From contig CM022678.1 of the NCBI GenBank assembly GCA_012295275.1, positions 1,612,001 through 1,676,000 on the forward strand: a DNA stretch of 64,000 bases. The letters run 5' to 3'. Source of the stretch: Chrysomallon squamiferum. Lineage: Eukaryota > Animalia > Mollusca. Of this stretch, positions 1-15,695 are shown piece after piece. A program made the translations under genes and the position numbers. The notes under the pieces are model-generated. The model was not told the origin of the DNA. It made no database searches and saw only the letters and a program-made list of their open reading frames with translations. Position 1 is the first letter of the stretch; each line of letters starts with the position of its first letter.

Positions 1-254
1 TATATTTTTTAGTGGTCGTTTGGTAGTCAAATGTGTGGTGTACATCACTGGTATACTTCACTGGAACACATCCATTAATTTTCTATCGTTATTATAATTT
101 GTATTTTTTTTTTTGTAATTGTGTGTTTGTTTAATGACAACTCAGCATATAAAATAAAACTTTAATGTTTGTCGTTCAAAGGTAAAACAAAAACCCATAA
201 ATATTTAAAAGTAAGTCAGATGTAAATAGCTGACTTAAAACACATAAACTCTCT

Positions 255-368
255 CACACACACACACAGACATACACAAAGACATACACACTTACACACA
301 CACACACAGACATACACACAGAGATACACACACACACTACACACACACACACACACACACACACAGAG

Positions 369-432
<64 letters not shown>

Positions 433-455
433 ATACACACACACACACACACACA

Positions 456-497
<42 letters not shown>

Positions 498-610
498 ACA
501 CACAGGGACACGGACACAGAGACACACAGACACACAAAGACACACTCACACACACACACATGCACACACAGAGACACATACACCCTTTCTCTTACACACA
601 CACACACACT
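255..610. repeat. Imperfect (CA)n microsatellite field
   Basis: Direct observation; one of many (CA)n, (GA)n, (TAA)n and poly-A tracts in the window. Confidence 0.95.
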
Positions 611-818
611 ATACTGAAAAATAAATGTAATAGCTGCAGACACTTAAAATTTCTTATTAAAAATAAAAAGATAAAATCAGTTAAATTTATTACAAAATGC
701 TGTGGCTTTTAAAAAATCAATATAAAACGTGGATGAAATCTAAATGACTCTTATCACCTCCTCATTACAAAATACACATATCAACCCAGTATCTGCATCT
801 CATACAAACACTAGATAA

Positions 819-856
<38 letters not shown>

Positions 857-3510
857 AAAATAAAATAAAATAAATAAAAAAAAAAAAAAATAAAAAAATA
901 AATAAATAAATAAATAAATAAAATAAAAAAAAAAAAAAAAAAAAAAAAATAAAAATAAAAAAACCTTAAAAAAAAACCTGTTTCATGTCTACACAATCCT
1001 CATAAAAAAAAACATCCCCCCCCAAAAAAAAACACACCAAAAAAAAAAACAAATCCCTTGAATACAAATACAAAACAATTGTCTAACTCACAGAACAGAA
1101 TGACCACAGTCAGCGTTTACTTTGTGATTTCAACACACAAACTTTTACCTCAACAAGACACACATTTTCCACAATGTCACAATATGCTTTTCAAAATTTT
1201 TATATTCACAGTAACCCAGATTAAAGTTTGATTAATCAGAAACTGTTCGAGTGAAATGCACTGAAAAACTGCGTCTGTGGTATGAAAGTATTAGCACAAT
1301 TAACTTCAAACTTTTTAATATAATGTATTGATTTTGTAAATGTAAATACAAATGAATATTCAAATATATATATATAAAATTAACCAAAAAAAATTAAAAA
1401 ATAAATAAATTACTGTTATATATTTTTTTTTATACTTTCATACATTCAGAGAAAAGATATAAAGAATAAATAAATGAATACATATATACATCTATTTTTC
1501 ATTTAAACAAATCCACTTAATTATATACAGTGATAGAAAATACACAAAAATTACTTTAATTATGTTGATTTTTATATTATTATTCATTTATTTACTTTTT
1601 TTGTTGTTGTAAATACCCAAATATTATAAATATCAGAATGAATGACTTCTGTATTTCACAGAAACTTACACAGTATTGACAGACACACACACACATTGAT
1701 CCACCCACTCTCACTGACTAACACACATGTAAACCTCACTGCAGTCAGCAGACCATTGTATCATGTTACTTCTGTAATTTAAAACTTAACTGAATGACTC
1801 AAACATAATCTGTTTTGAATTAACCACAGAAATCAAAAACACTGCACTTGTTTCACCTTCCTTTCGCTCTCTCTCTCTGAGTGTGTGTGTGTGTGTGTGC
1901 GTGTGTGTGTGTGTTTGTGTTTATTAACTATATCTCTCTCTCTCTGTTTCAGTCTTGTTTTCTCTCTGTTTCAGATGACAAAATTAGTCACCACTCTTCT
2001 ACTGTGTGTTTGTTAAACATGAGAGTATAAAAACTTTCTATGTACACAAACCAGTGATTATAAAACAATACAATTAACCTGTAAATACTTGAGTATGTTT
2101 ACTCACCACTGTACCAGTTCAGATTTTAAATTCCACAGTATCTATAATGTCCACTCCAGTGATCACAGTGTATAACAGAACATACACTACATCACATTTT
2201 CATGTTCTGTGTTGTTGGCTGTTGACGATTTTTACTATATTTAAAATTTCTGCCAACAGACAGTAACAAAAGCCCATCTTAAAATGAAGAATTTTTTTTA
2301 TAAAGATTTCAACATTATTATGAACAAAATTTACTTTACCTTTTAAATCAATGAAAATTTATAATAAACTCCAAAGTTTTGAAATCCGAAACAACAATTT
2401 AAAATGTTCCAGTCTTGTAAATTCTACAATATATTAAACACTGTCTGGTTTCTTCTCTAGTGTATCTGTGACCTCGCAACTCAGTCTGCACAGAAATACA
2501 ATTCTGAGATGTCTGGTTGGTTAGGATGGTTTCTACTCTAGTGTATTTGTAACTATCTAACATATGGAAGTTAATAACATAGATTTTAACTTTCTGGTTT
2601 CTTCTCTGGTGTATTTGTAATCACACAAACTGATAAGTAATGCAAGATGTCAGCTTCATTAGGATGGTTTCTGCTCTAGTGTATTCATCACTGCATAAAC
2701 ACAGAAGTAAGTAACAAGCAGATTTTTAACTTGCTGGTTTCTTCTCTAGTGTATCAGTGTTAGCACGTCAGTCAAGTAATAAGAGTTTTAAGATACAGAT
2801 GTTTAATCCTTTTATTCCTGGCACAGATAACAATTACATGCCAGACCAGAGCTGAATGGATTTGTAAAATAATCCAGACTTGAATGTAATCCTGTTCACA
2901 ATGACAGTGGTAGGAAAGAGAGAAAAAAATTAAAAAAAAGTTGTAAAGCCAAGCTCAGACAGATAGTCAGGATACAAATAATAATTTAATTAACCTTTCT
3001 GTTCCACTCTGTGACAGCTCTGAAAACCTCGAAGTTTAGCTCACAATCCAGTGTGGTCTGAATAGACAGTTTAACTAGGTGGACTCAATACAAAGTTGTA
3101 ACAGAATACACAAGATGGTCTGAATATACAGGTTTACAGAATACACACGATGGTCACAATACACAGTTTTACAGAATACACAAGATGGTCACAATACACA
3201 GGTTTACAGAATAAACAAGATGTCACAATACACAGTTTTACGGAAAGTACTCTGAGTAGTGTTTTGAAAACATTCCTACGAATCCTTATTTTCTACTCAG
3301 TGCACTTACAGAAAACACAGACTTCAGCTTAACACAAAACAAGTGTATGGATAATTGTGTGTTTTGGGTGTGATGTGTGTAAGTAATTTCTCAATGTAGG
3401 TTAAATAACAGATTCTGTTTCCTTGTGCAGGTGACATTTGTAATTTGACACCAGGGTCAGTGTAAGTATGTACTGTAAACCATTTAAAATCTGACAAATA
3501 CCAGATATAT

Positions 3511-3576
<66 letters not shown>

Positions 3577-3701
3577 CTATTTCATTTTTTCTCATTCACT
3601 CTTTTCGGTCTTTCTTCACCTCTTCCTTTTTCCATCTGTCTATCTCACTTAATCTTTTTTCATATCTCTTTCCCCACTCCTTTTCTGTCTCTTCACCTCC
3701 T

Positions 3702-3741
<40 letters not shown>

Positions 3742-3843
3742 TCTTTCTCTCCTATCTCTTTCTCTCTCTCTCTCTCTCTTTTCCTCTTTCTCCCCCCTTT
3801 CTCTCTCTCTTTCTCTCCTCTTTCTCCCCTCTCCCCTCTCCCT

Positions 3844-3874
<31 letters not shown>

Positions 3875-3920
3875 ATCTCTCTTTCTCTCTCTATCTCTCT
3901 CTCTCTTTCTCTCTCTCCCT

Positions 3921-3994
<74 letters not shown>

Positions 3995-4316
3995 GAGACA
4001 TCTACATCAACTCAAATGGAAGGCTGCTATCAGAGGGGCTCTAACGAGGTATGCAGAGGCTTTAATGAGGAATACAAATTTCTAGGAAGTGAAAAATGAT
4101 GGAGCCAGACACAAATGAAAGGAATGTGTAATGTGTTACAGTTGACTGCTCCCAGACCTCAAATTAGCTATTCATGATCATCAGCAGTCCTTCGAAAACA
4201 CACTGAGAATAGTTACACACTCTGACTGAACGGGTTTTCAAAATTAATTTGGCTTTAATAGATACTTATTATGTGTGCCAGTTTATATCTTAGTCATTAA
4301 ATTTGAGTACGGGAGG

Positions 4317-4402
<86 letters not shown>

Positions 4403-4655
4403 CTGGAAAAAGAAAATGAGAATGAGAGACAGACAGAAAAACAGAGAGTGAGAGAGAAAAGGGAAAAAAAAGGGTGAGACAGAGACTGAGAAAAAGAAAA
4501 AGAGACAGAGAGAAAATCAGTGAAGGATGAAAAGAAAGAACAATGAAAGAAAGACAAATACAAAGTATAGAAAACAAAAAGAAAACCAATGACATATAAA
4601 GTAAAACATAAAGAGAACTAGGTAAGGGACACAGAAGAAGTAAAATGTGTCTGAC

Positions 4656-4792
4656 CTTGACCCTTCCAGCGGGGTGAGCAGGACCTCGCTGCCCTCCAGG
4701 TCCATGATGCAGTGCTCTGGCATGATGCCAAGTCCACTTAGCTGAATGTCCTGCTGTGTGGGTGCGTCAGGCCTCCCCACCAGAGTGTGCTC
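4656..4792 (-). CDS. KIF13: KIF13-like exon: FHA domain (EHTLVGRPDAPTQQDIQLSGLGIMPEHCIMDLEGSEVLLTPLEGS-R)
   Basis: Directly continues YYLK|EHTL as in KIF13 proteins; tttcag acceptor, AG|gtcaga donor; 137 nt, phase 0 to phase 2. Confidence 0.95.
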
Positions 4793-6090
4793 CTGAAAAA
4801 CACAAAAACAACACAAAAATTAACACAAAGATAACACAAAATTAACACAAAAAAGTCCTTTTTAACTTTTAAATATGACGTTAAAAACACAAAAACAAGA
4901 AAAGAAACACAAATTATACAAGAATAATCTCTGTGTGTGTTGAAAACACAAAAACAACACAGAAATGTGTTTGTGTTTTATGTTTTAAATACATACCTAA
5001 TTCCTGAGAACACAAAAACAACACAAAATTACACAAAATCCAGTATCACAGTATACATACAGTTCACCAGAACAATTCCAGTATCACAGTATACATACAG
5101 TTCACCAGAACAATTCCAGTATCTTCGCATCTGAAACAGTTTTAGTATCTTAATTACTGAAACACTTCCAGTATCTTTGTTTGTATCCCTTTCATTATAA
5201 CAATTTTTGGACTTAAGTAAAATAATCACTGGTAAATTCCAGCATCATAGAACAATTCACTAAAACAATTCCAGTATTTATCATCCAGATCATTGGTATG
5301 AGTCTTGTTATCACAGCAAACAAATTCAGTTCTTTAGTATCACTGTCACTAAACAATTCCTTCCTCATTCAAGGAACACTTTTAATATCAAATTCAGTAT
5401 TTTAGTATATAATTCTCTAGAACTATTCCAGTATTTATCATCCTGATCGCTATAATAGAACAATTTCAATACCTAAGTATCATTATCATCAAAACAATTC
5501 CAACATTTATCATCCTAATTAATTACTGGTACAAGTCCAGTATTGTAGTATTTCCGCACCTCAGAATCATTATCATTAAAACAATTCCAGTGTCGCGGAA
5601 TTTAACAGAACAAAACCAGTACCTCAGAAATTCACTAGAACAATTACAGTTACCAATGAGAATTTCGTTGGAACAATTCCAGTACCTACTGATGAAACAT
5701 TTCTAATCTAATATGAGACTGAACAGGAGGATGCTAGAACAATTCCAGCTCTCACTGAGATGATCTGACAGTTGTTTGAGTTGTGTGACTGACAGACTGA
5801 ATCAGAGAGAAGAGCATTCGTAGATGCAGATAGTACTCAAGGAAATGAATGAATCGGCTCACACCTCTCTGAGTCCGATCAAGTGGACGTAATGGCTACT
5901 GAGTGGTCAGATTTCTCGTAATGACCGGCACGCTGGAGACTTGGGTCTGGTCAGATGCTGATGCAATTTGTCTTACTGGGACACGATGAAGCAAGCGCTC
6001 TTAATGAATTCTTTTGTGTTTGTTCTGCCGGGCCTTCAGATTTTTTCTATTTTGGGAATTGAGAGAGAGTAATGGAATGGAAAAAAGAAT

Positions 6091-6168
<78 letters not shown>

Positions 6169-7173
6169 GAGAATTTAAAGGCCTTTAGATTAAACAAATA
6201 TTTGAAATGTTGAAAGTAATCCTGTATTACGAGATGGCTGTATTAACCAATGATTGATTAAATTAATAAAAATATAATCAATAGAAAAATAATTAAAATA
6301 AAACTAATTAGCCATTTTAACTATAAAAAAGTAAAAAAGTAATAAAAAAAAACTTAAATAAACAATTGGGATGCACAAACATAAAACCTGATCTAGAGAT
6401 CTAAAAAAAAATAAAATAAAAATATATATATATAAAATGACAAATATACAAATTTGTATAAAAGCTAATCAGCTAATCACAGTCATTCTCCTTTTTGCAA
6501 CCACAACATCCTAATGCCATCCCCACCTTACCCACGACCTCCACCATTCTAACACTCACCCCCCCTGACCACAGACCAGCACTGACCGCGCAGCACAACC
6601 GCAATCATTAAACTCAAGACCTCATTTCGGAAATGACAATAATTCCTCTAAATCATGACGGCAATTTCGGATGAAACCTAAAATTGGCCCCGTTAGGAAA
6701 GAGGGGCCCTCATTAGGAGCATGGCAGTAATTGTAGCCGTTGCGCGGAACGGCGGTCGGGAGCAACGTCTTCGCTATTGATTGCGTGTAAGTGATGAGAT
6801 GCGGGGTGAAATACTCCCAATCAACATCGTCGTCAGCGTCTGTCTGGTGAAATACAGCGCAGCCTGCCTCGCAATTTACTTCCAATAAAACCGCTGATTG
6901 CATCTAACAAGATGCTAAAATGTTTATGTGCAGAAGTCTCTCTCTTCTCTCTTCTCTGTTTTTTTCTCTTCTAGCTGATCATTTGAAAACTCTCCAGTTA
7001 AAGTGAGGTGTCACAGGATACTTTTTGAAATTGTTATTTCATAGCTGCGCAATTTTTATTATTATTACTATTACTATTCTTATTATTATTATTATTATTG
7101 TTATTTTTCTTCTTATAATTATTTAATATTATTACTGTTATTATCATAATACCTCTCTTTTTCTAAAAAAAAA

Positions 7174-7247
<74 letters not shown>

Positions 7248-8661
7248 TCAATCAGACTGGCAGAAAAGTTAGCTTACATGCAAACAATGAGTAACTGTCA
7301 TCTTTGAAACACAAGTTACAGAGCAACGTTTGGAATAGGATACACAAAGAATCTGTTTGTCCATATGGAGTGAATGGTTTAGTGGTGTACAAAACTCAGT
7401 GTAATGAACATCACTAATCAGTGAGTTGTAATTTAACAAGTAATTCCAGGTTGGACGTAATCATTATTAAACATCAAACCAGATTTTATCATGATGAAGC
7501 TAAGACATTAACCTCTCACAATTTTTCTGTTTACCATTCCTGACTGATAAACAGAAAGAAAACTTTCTACATGAAGAGTCTGTCTGATAGACAAAATTTT
7601 GGAGCAGTTTTCTGAACGGGAAATTTATTATTGTTACTAATAAGATGAAAGAAATGTATAAAAATTATGTTTTGTGATGACTGCAAAATAATTCTAAATA
7701 TTACCTTGTGATATTCAAGTTAAGGAGATTTTGTTAGAAAGACTGCAAAACATTTACTGAAAATTACTTTTGATATACTACAAGTCATGGAACACTTGTT
7801 GGAATGGTAAATTTGTCATTGAATATTGTAAACTAATATCTATAACTACTACTTGTCTTAAACCTTTGAGTAAAAAATAATGCTAATGATGATGATACTA
7901 AGGATTAAAAATAAATATAAAATATTAATAATAAAAGTAATGTTTTGCTGGACAGTTTTCTTGGTACCACTGTGACAATGAACAAATATCTGACGTGTTA
8001 ATTAAGTGTTAGCTGACCGGCTGTCATCAGAAACATCCAGTGAATGACACTGCTAACTGATTAACTGTCACAAAGAAACAACTAATAATCAACTGACTTA
8101 TCACTGCTTTAACTGACTCTAATAACACATTTTATTGACATAGCCACGATTTCAGGGATTTAAAACAACTTGCTTTAGACTGGTTTTAAAGTTTTTAACA
8201 ACACTTTTTATTTTATTTTAATACACGTTAATTTTTGTTCGTACTGATTTTAAAATTTTGATTACAGATTTTTTTTTTTTTTTTAAACAACAGTATCAGG
8301 GTCTTACTACAATTTCAATTTCAAATGATTTCAAAATTTCAATTATAAGATTACTGTAATTTCTGAATTAATGAGTTTTATAAGTTTTAAATATATTTTC
8401 TGCTCTTGGTATTATATACATATTGAAAATGACTTGGAAACTGTGAATAAAGATAATCTGAATAAACAGTTTCACTATATGTTATGGTTTTTGATGCTTC
8501 CTGCCCAAGCCTGACACTTGTTTGTTGGAAACCACATTCGGGTAACTAAGCAACAGCTGTAGAAAATGTCACATATTATTTTTCAATCTTTTTTCTTTTG
8601 TTTTGCCTCTGTCATTTTCTTAATTGCAAAAAATGTGTCATGATGAAGGCTGGGCTAATAT

Positions 8662-8799
<138 letters not shown>

Positions 8800-9658
8800 A
8801 CAAGTATTAAAAGAATGAAGAAGAAAAAAAATTGTTTGAGTCTAAAGAGCTCAACAAGTCATTTGCAATTTCCTTTAAAGAACAACAATTATTTCAGACA
8901 TGCAGAAAATGAGCAGAACACTTTTAGAAACAAAAAAGGAAAAAAAAGAAAAAGAAAAAATGAACGTAAAAAAGGGAAAACAAAATAATGAAAAAAAGAA
9001 AAGAAAAGAAAAAACCTAATGAAAAAGCCTAAGTAAATTTTTTTTTAAATTTTGAACAGAGAACATAAAGTTCTGAATAGACAATATTGACTTATCAACA
9101 TTTTTCAAATTCTCAATATGAAATCAAATATCAACATTGTTCAGTTTTTCAGTACAACTCAAAGTATCAACATGTCTCAAAACTCACATATCAACATTTT
9201 TATCCACATTCAACACCAAGTATCAATACTTCTCAATTCATAAGACAACAAATTTTCAACACAAAATCAAACATCAACATTTCTGAAAACAAATACCTAA
9301 CTTTTAACATTTCTCAAATTCTCAAAACAAATGTCTATAACATCAAAACTTCTCAAAACAAATATCAAAATAAGGAAATTTCTCAAATTCGCAGCACAAA
9401 ATCAAACATCAAATGCTTCTCAGTTTCTCGAAACAAAGTCTCTAAAACTTCTAACTGTGTGTCTAAATTCTGTCTAATTCTCTCCAATACCCATCATCTT
9501 CCCAGAGAAGAGATGGAAGTGTAAGAAATAGGATTTCCTCAGTAATCAGTTCTGTCAGTGGGTATGAAAGAGAAAGTGATGCATTAAGAAAGGAAATCTG
9601 CTCAAAACAATAACTTGAAAAGAAATGATGAGAAAGAAAGATGAGGAGGAAAAAAAAG

Positions 9659-9721
<63 letters not shown>

Positions 9722-12129
9722 AAGAAAGATAGAAAGAACCAGAAAGTATGAAGAAGAAAAGGATATAATAATATCTGAAGAAAAGAAAAAAAAAAGAAAA
9801 GAAAAAGCAAAAAGACGAAAAAAAATATGGGAAATAGAAAATGAAATCCCATCACAAGGCAAAAAGAAAATTAAAAAAAAATTAAAAAAAAATTAAAATT
9901 AAAAAAATAATTAAAATCTTTTTGATTATTTTTTTTACTTTGTTCTTTTTCTGCTGTAATTATTTCTACATCTATCATATACTTTACTGTTTTGCTCATT
10001 CCAACCAGTGCTCTCTGCTGTGTAGAAAAGTGTATATAAAAGGGTATCTCACTGCTTGTTGATTAGAGGAACCTGTAACACTGGATATTATTATCTAAGT
10101 CAATCTCTGTTAGTACTCAACTGGAAGGAAGGAACGAAGGAAGAAAGGAGGGATGGAAGGAAAGAAGAATTCTAATTAAATTATCTTTGTATAATTTTGT
10201 TTTACTTATTCAAAAGAAAAAAGTATAAGAACTATTTTATTACATTATTACTATTAGTATTACTGTTGTTATTATTACTGTTTTATTATTACTGTTTTAT
10301 TATTATTATTATTATTATCATTATTATTATGATATATTTTTTCAGATTACACAGGCCTAACTATTCTCACACCAAACTGGTCCAAATCATTGCAGATATC
10401 AGAACATCATATTTGTTTTTATGAAAACAATTTTCTTAAAAAAACACCCCCAAAAACAACTGAATGCAGACATGGTTTATAAATAGTTATTATTGCCTTT
10501 ATCTTTCCCAAACTCTGAACCTGTTTGTGTTATAAAATGTTATCTGATTCCAAATTAAAACATTACATTTCTCCGTCTGACAGTTCACATAGCACAGAAC
10601 ATAAACAAGTTAAATAAACTGTTGTTTATATTCTAATTAAGCTCTTGTGTTTCTGTGTTTTACATGAGATGTGTAATAAATGACATCTGTATGATCTGCA
10701 AATTGTTATGTAGTCTGTGGGGTTCTATAATACACAGACTAAACAGAGAAGGGGAAAAAAAAAAGCAATGATAGGAGATAAGAAAGAGATTGTTTATATT
10801 TAATTATTTTTATTTTATTTTATTTGATTTTTTTTATTTATTAATTCTTTTATTATTCATTCATTCATTGTTCATTTATATACTTGCAATTTTGTCATTA
10901 TTACTGTATCATTATTATTATTATTTCAATTTAATATTCTTTTATTTCTTTTATTTTTTTCATTTTTATTTACATTACTGTGTTTATTATTTTGACTTAT
11001 TGTTAATACTATTTATTTATTTTATTAATTTTGTTAACATTCCTCTGTTTATTACATTAAAACAATTATTTATATTACTATGTTTATTTATATCTTCTTA
11101 TTTGTAATACTATTTATTATATTTTATTAATTTTGTTAACATTCCTTTATTTATTTATTAACAAAGTCAATTACATTAAAACAATTATTTATTTACAATT
11201 CTGATTAAATTACTCTACATATTTTTAATTCTTTTATTTTTTTTGCTGGTTTTTTTTTTTTGATTTTTCGTTCTAAATTTTAACAGCCCAAACTCTTTTG
11301 AATGTAACAATACAATGGCACAGAGGTGTTAACTGCACAAAGAAGATTAAAACTCTGAAAACAGCCCCAAGCCATCCATCCTGCCAGCAGCAGGCAAATG
11401 GCTGAGTTGAAGGTGATGTATCTAAATGACGTCGCTGAAGGTGATGTATCTAAATGACGTCGCTGAAGAAGCAATCTTCAAGTCGTTACGCAACTCGCTC
11501 AAATTGCCAAACTTGGGTGTCACGTTGAGGAAATTATTGCCAATTTTAAGAGTTAATTTGATGAAAACTCAACAACAGTTTAGAAGTGAATGTGTCAGGG
11601 ATTGCAGCACTGAATGCTGGTCCACGCCGACTTCGGTTAATGGGGTTTGTTAAAGCAGCATAAAAAAATAATAAATAGATATATGTGTTTGCATATGCAA
11701 TAGTGTGTGTGTGTGTGTGTGTGTGTCTGTGTGTGTGTGTGTGCACGTGTGTGTGTGTGTGTGTGTGTGTAAGTGTGTGTGTCTGTGTGTTTGTGAGAGA
11801 CAGAGTTTAATAATATACAAAACCTAATGCAAGAATCAAATGGAAAAATATGATTTTTTCTAAAATTATTTCTAAATAAATTACATTAAAAAAAATAAAA
11901 AAAAATAATTCTTTTACATAGATGTAGTTTGATAAATTAAATGGAAAAGAAAAATCTACATTAATTTAAAATAAACAAATAAATAATAATAAAAAAATAA
12001 TAACAAAAATCATCCACGAATTTTCAGAAACTTATTTCCACTATCTTACTTTAAAAAACATTCAAACCATTTTTCACTGTCGCAACCAAATGAAACAGAA
12101 GACAACTGTCAACTTTCACAATGACCAAC

Positions 12130-12310
12130 CATCCCTAACAGATAACTGTCCCTATCACACAAGCGTCCCTAATAGATAACTGTCCCTATCACACAACTGT
12201 CCCTAATAGGTAACTGTCCCTATCACACAACTGTCCCTAACAGATAACTGTCCCTATCACACAACTGTCCCTAACAGATAACTGTCCCAAGCACAAAATT
12301 GTCCCTAACA
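12130..12310. repeat. ~34-bp minisatellite (GTCCCTAACAGATAACT/GTCCCTATCACACAACT subunits), ~5 copies
   Basis: Visible tandem units. Confidence 0.85.
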
Positions 12311-12616
12311 CACAACCCCTACCCCTGTCAAACGCCAGACCTGCCCTTGTTCCAGGTTACAATCTCCAGCACTGATTACTTTGTTAATTTTCTAAGAATC
12401 AGTTTTACATCTACAAACAGCCTTGTCCTGTAATCACATTAACCCCTTCCACGCTGCGGTCATCTCTGATGTCCAAATGACCATCACCACTGACCTCTCT
12501 CTCCCAATGTTAATGATATCTCGTGTCCTGTTTCAAATGACCAGCTCAAATGACCGAGATAGATGGTTTGTGTAGGTGCTTTGGTAGAAGTGATATTTAT
12601 TTGTTTTTAAAAATGT

Positions 12617-12685
<69 letters not shown>

Positions 12686-12706
12686 ATAGTAATAATAATA
12701 ATGATG

Positions 12707-12739
<33 letters not shown>

Positions 12740-13973
12740 GTAGTAATAGTAGTAGTAGTAGTAGTAATAGTAATAGTAATAATAATAATAATAAAGATAA
12801 CAATAATAATAATAATAGTAATAATAATAATAATAATAATAAACAACAATAATAATAATAATAATAATAATAACAACAACAAAATAACAAAAATAATAAT
12901 AATAATAACAACAACAACACCAACAACAACAACAACAACATTAATAATAATCATACCTCATACGGGAAAGTAGCATTTTAACAAATCTCTCAATTAAGGT
13001 AACGTCCTGTTACTTTATTCCTCTTTGACATTTTTCCTCCATCAAAAACGCGAGCACCAATAAAGTAATGGTCTGAACTGCGTGTGCCCACTAAAACCGA
13101 GAGGACTACTTGCACACAAAGTAACAGAATTATGATTGCGGGATTAAGGCAAAGGCCGTGGCTTCAATGGCAGAAGATGAGATTATTTGAAACCACTTGA
13201 AGACGCTGAAGAGAAAAATCATTTCAGATTTTCATTAAGTGATTTCGCTGCTGAAGTATTTCTGCATTCTGCAGAGTGAAGTCTGGATGTCAAATGATCG
13301 TTTAGAAGTGCAGCTTTTGATGATGTGGATGGAAAAAGTTTGAAATAGATATTGCTTGTAAGCTGTTACGTTTTACTGATGTCCAGTCTTTATTAATAAT
13401 TAAGTATCAGTATTAAAATGTTTTAAAGTATGCAGTATGATGCTACTCTGTACAGAGAAGTTAGTTAATTGTTTAAAATGTACGTTTGGCAAATGTGAAG
13501 AAACAGTTGAAATGTATTCTACAAACTGTTATTTTATTATTATTATTATTGTTGTTGTTGTTATTTTGATGTTTAATTTTATTGTAATAATGATGTAAAC
13601 CAACAAAAGAATACAGTTAAAAAATATCCAGAGGTTTCTATTTTTCAATAATAACAATGACGTAACAAAAAAAAAAACAAACAAAAATTGTAAATAAAAA
13701 TACAATAGAATAGACTAAAATAGAATAAAATAAAAAAAAAAATAAAAAAATAAAAAAAAAATAAATATATAAATAAATAAACAAAACAAAAACAAACTAA
13801 AATCCTAAAATCCAAAGTCAGTTTATTTATAATTATTTTTGCTCTATTTCTTAATTCACTTTCCAGCAAGTTAAAATTTTAAACGTTCACAAACATCACA
13901 AAATGTTCGACATCAAAAACATTTTTATCATCGGCACCTTTTAAAAACCTGAACCAGCATTTGCTCTCTCTCT

Positions 13974-14010
<37 letters not shown>

Positions 14011-15466
14011 AATCCCCTTGTAATTTCCAGAGTGCAACTGGCACAGAACAAAATGTCCACATTATGGGATTAACAAGCTTGTCGGACGACTATTTACCAA
14101 CCTCCACACCAAACCACACTGAGAAATTTGAGAATTATTGATTCCCCAGCGAAAAAGCTTTGTCAGTTTGATGATTCTACAAAGTTTGACTTGAACCAAT
14201 GAATCAATAAACATTAAAAAAAAAAATAAAAAAACAACAATTTTAAATCAATTTGCCATTTTAAGAAAACGTTATTCAATCCCCGTTTGGATATTTTATT
14301 TTTCTAAAATAGACTTTTGTACAATTTAAACAAATTCACCTGACTGGCAGTCTCTTTATTACTTGTAATAAAATTACTTGGGTAAAAACTGTTTTGCTCA
14401 AATTCATTTCAGTTCATAAAGCAGAAAAAGATTCACTCCAGATTAACAAAGGCACAGAAATTATATTTTATATATATATATAAAAATATATAAAAAATCA
14501 TATATTATGTCATTTATCATTATTATTATTATTATTATTTTGACTGCCTGTTCCAGTACAATTATTAAATATTTTAATTTTAATTACGTTTGATGTTATT
14601 ACTTTTATTTAATTTATTTTACAGTCATTATTATTATTTTAATAGCAATCATAACAAAGAAGGGAAGAGAAGAGAAAGAAGGAAGAGAGAAAAAAGACTG
14701 AGAGAAAGAAAGAGGAATAAGACAGAGGACAAATGAAGCTGACAAAGAAAGAGAAATTAATAATCATAATAATTATTACTGTTATTATTTATGTCATCAT
14801 TATCCTTTCACACACATATAAACACACACACACATACACACAAACACACACACACACACACACACACATACAAACACACACACTCACACATACACACACA
14901 AAATAATAATAATAAAAGAAAAAGAAAAAAGAAAAAAAAAGAATCAACAATAAAAACAGAACAACCCCAAAAAAACACCCAAAACCTCTTTCTAATTATC
15001 TCCGATTGCCAATCAGAAATTCTGTATGATTTGTTTTTGAAGACTCTCAACATCGGAAGATGTACAGACATACAGACGTACAAGTCCACCAAAATAACCT
15101 GGAGGATTTATTCGAAACACCGACAAAATAACTGGCTGCAAAAAAAAGAAGGAAGAAGCTATACACTATAAAAAATATCAAAATGTTTGACACAGTGGAC
15201 AGAATTTGGTTATGTATGAGTATCGTATTCAGACAGCAAATCAAAACTGCCTGGGCTCCGATGATAACAATGTTTATTGTTATTGTTGTTGTATTTCTAA
15301 GTGTGACAGGATGGTATCGATTGAAAGATTAATAAATAAAAAATGTATTCCACTGAAAACTGTAGTGTCTGGGATTCAGCTCTAAAGAAAAAAGAAATGT
15401 TTTTAATATATGTTTTTGAACGCAGCCGAGTTTGGGTGGGAAAGAGTTCAATACAGAAAGTTGAAA

Positions 15467-15503
<37 letters not shown>

Positions 15504-15585
15504 ATATAACTGTGTTTTATTGTGTGTATGTTATGTTTCTGTATATCTGCTTATATGAGTTTGTGAATGTGTCGTGTATGTGTAT

Positions 15586-15695
<110 letters not shown>

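Noticed and set aside
2101-2145. Consensus G|GTGAGT donor as a possible next KIF13 exon
   Set aside because: No phase-compatible frame resembling the expected VNG...GDRILWG FHA continuation; the next exon must lie outside the window
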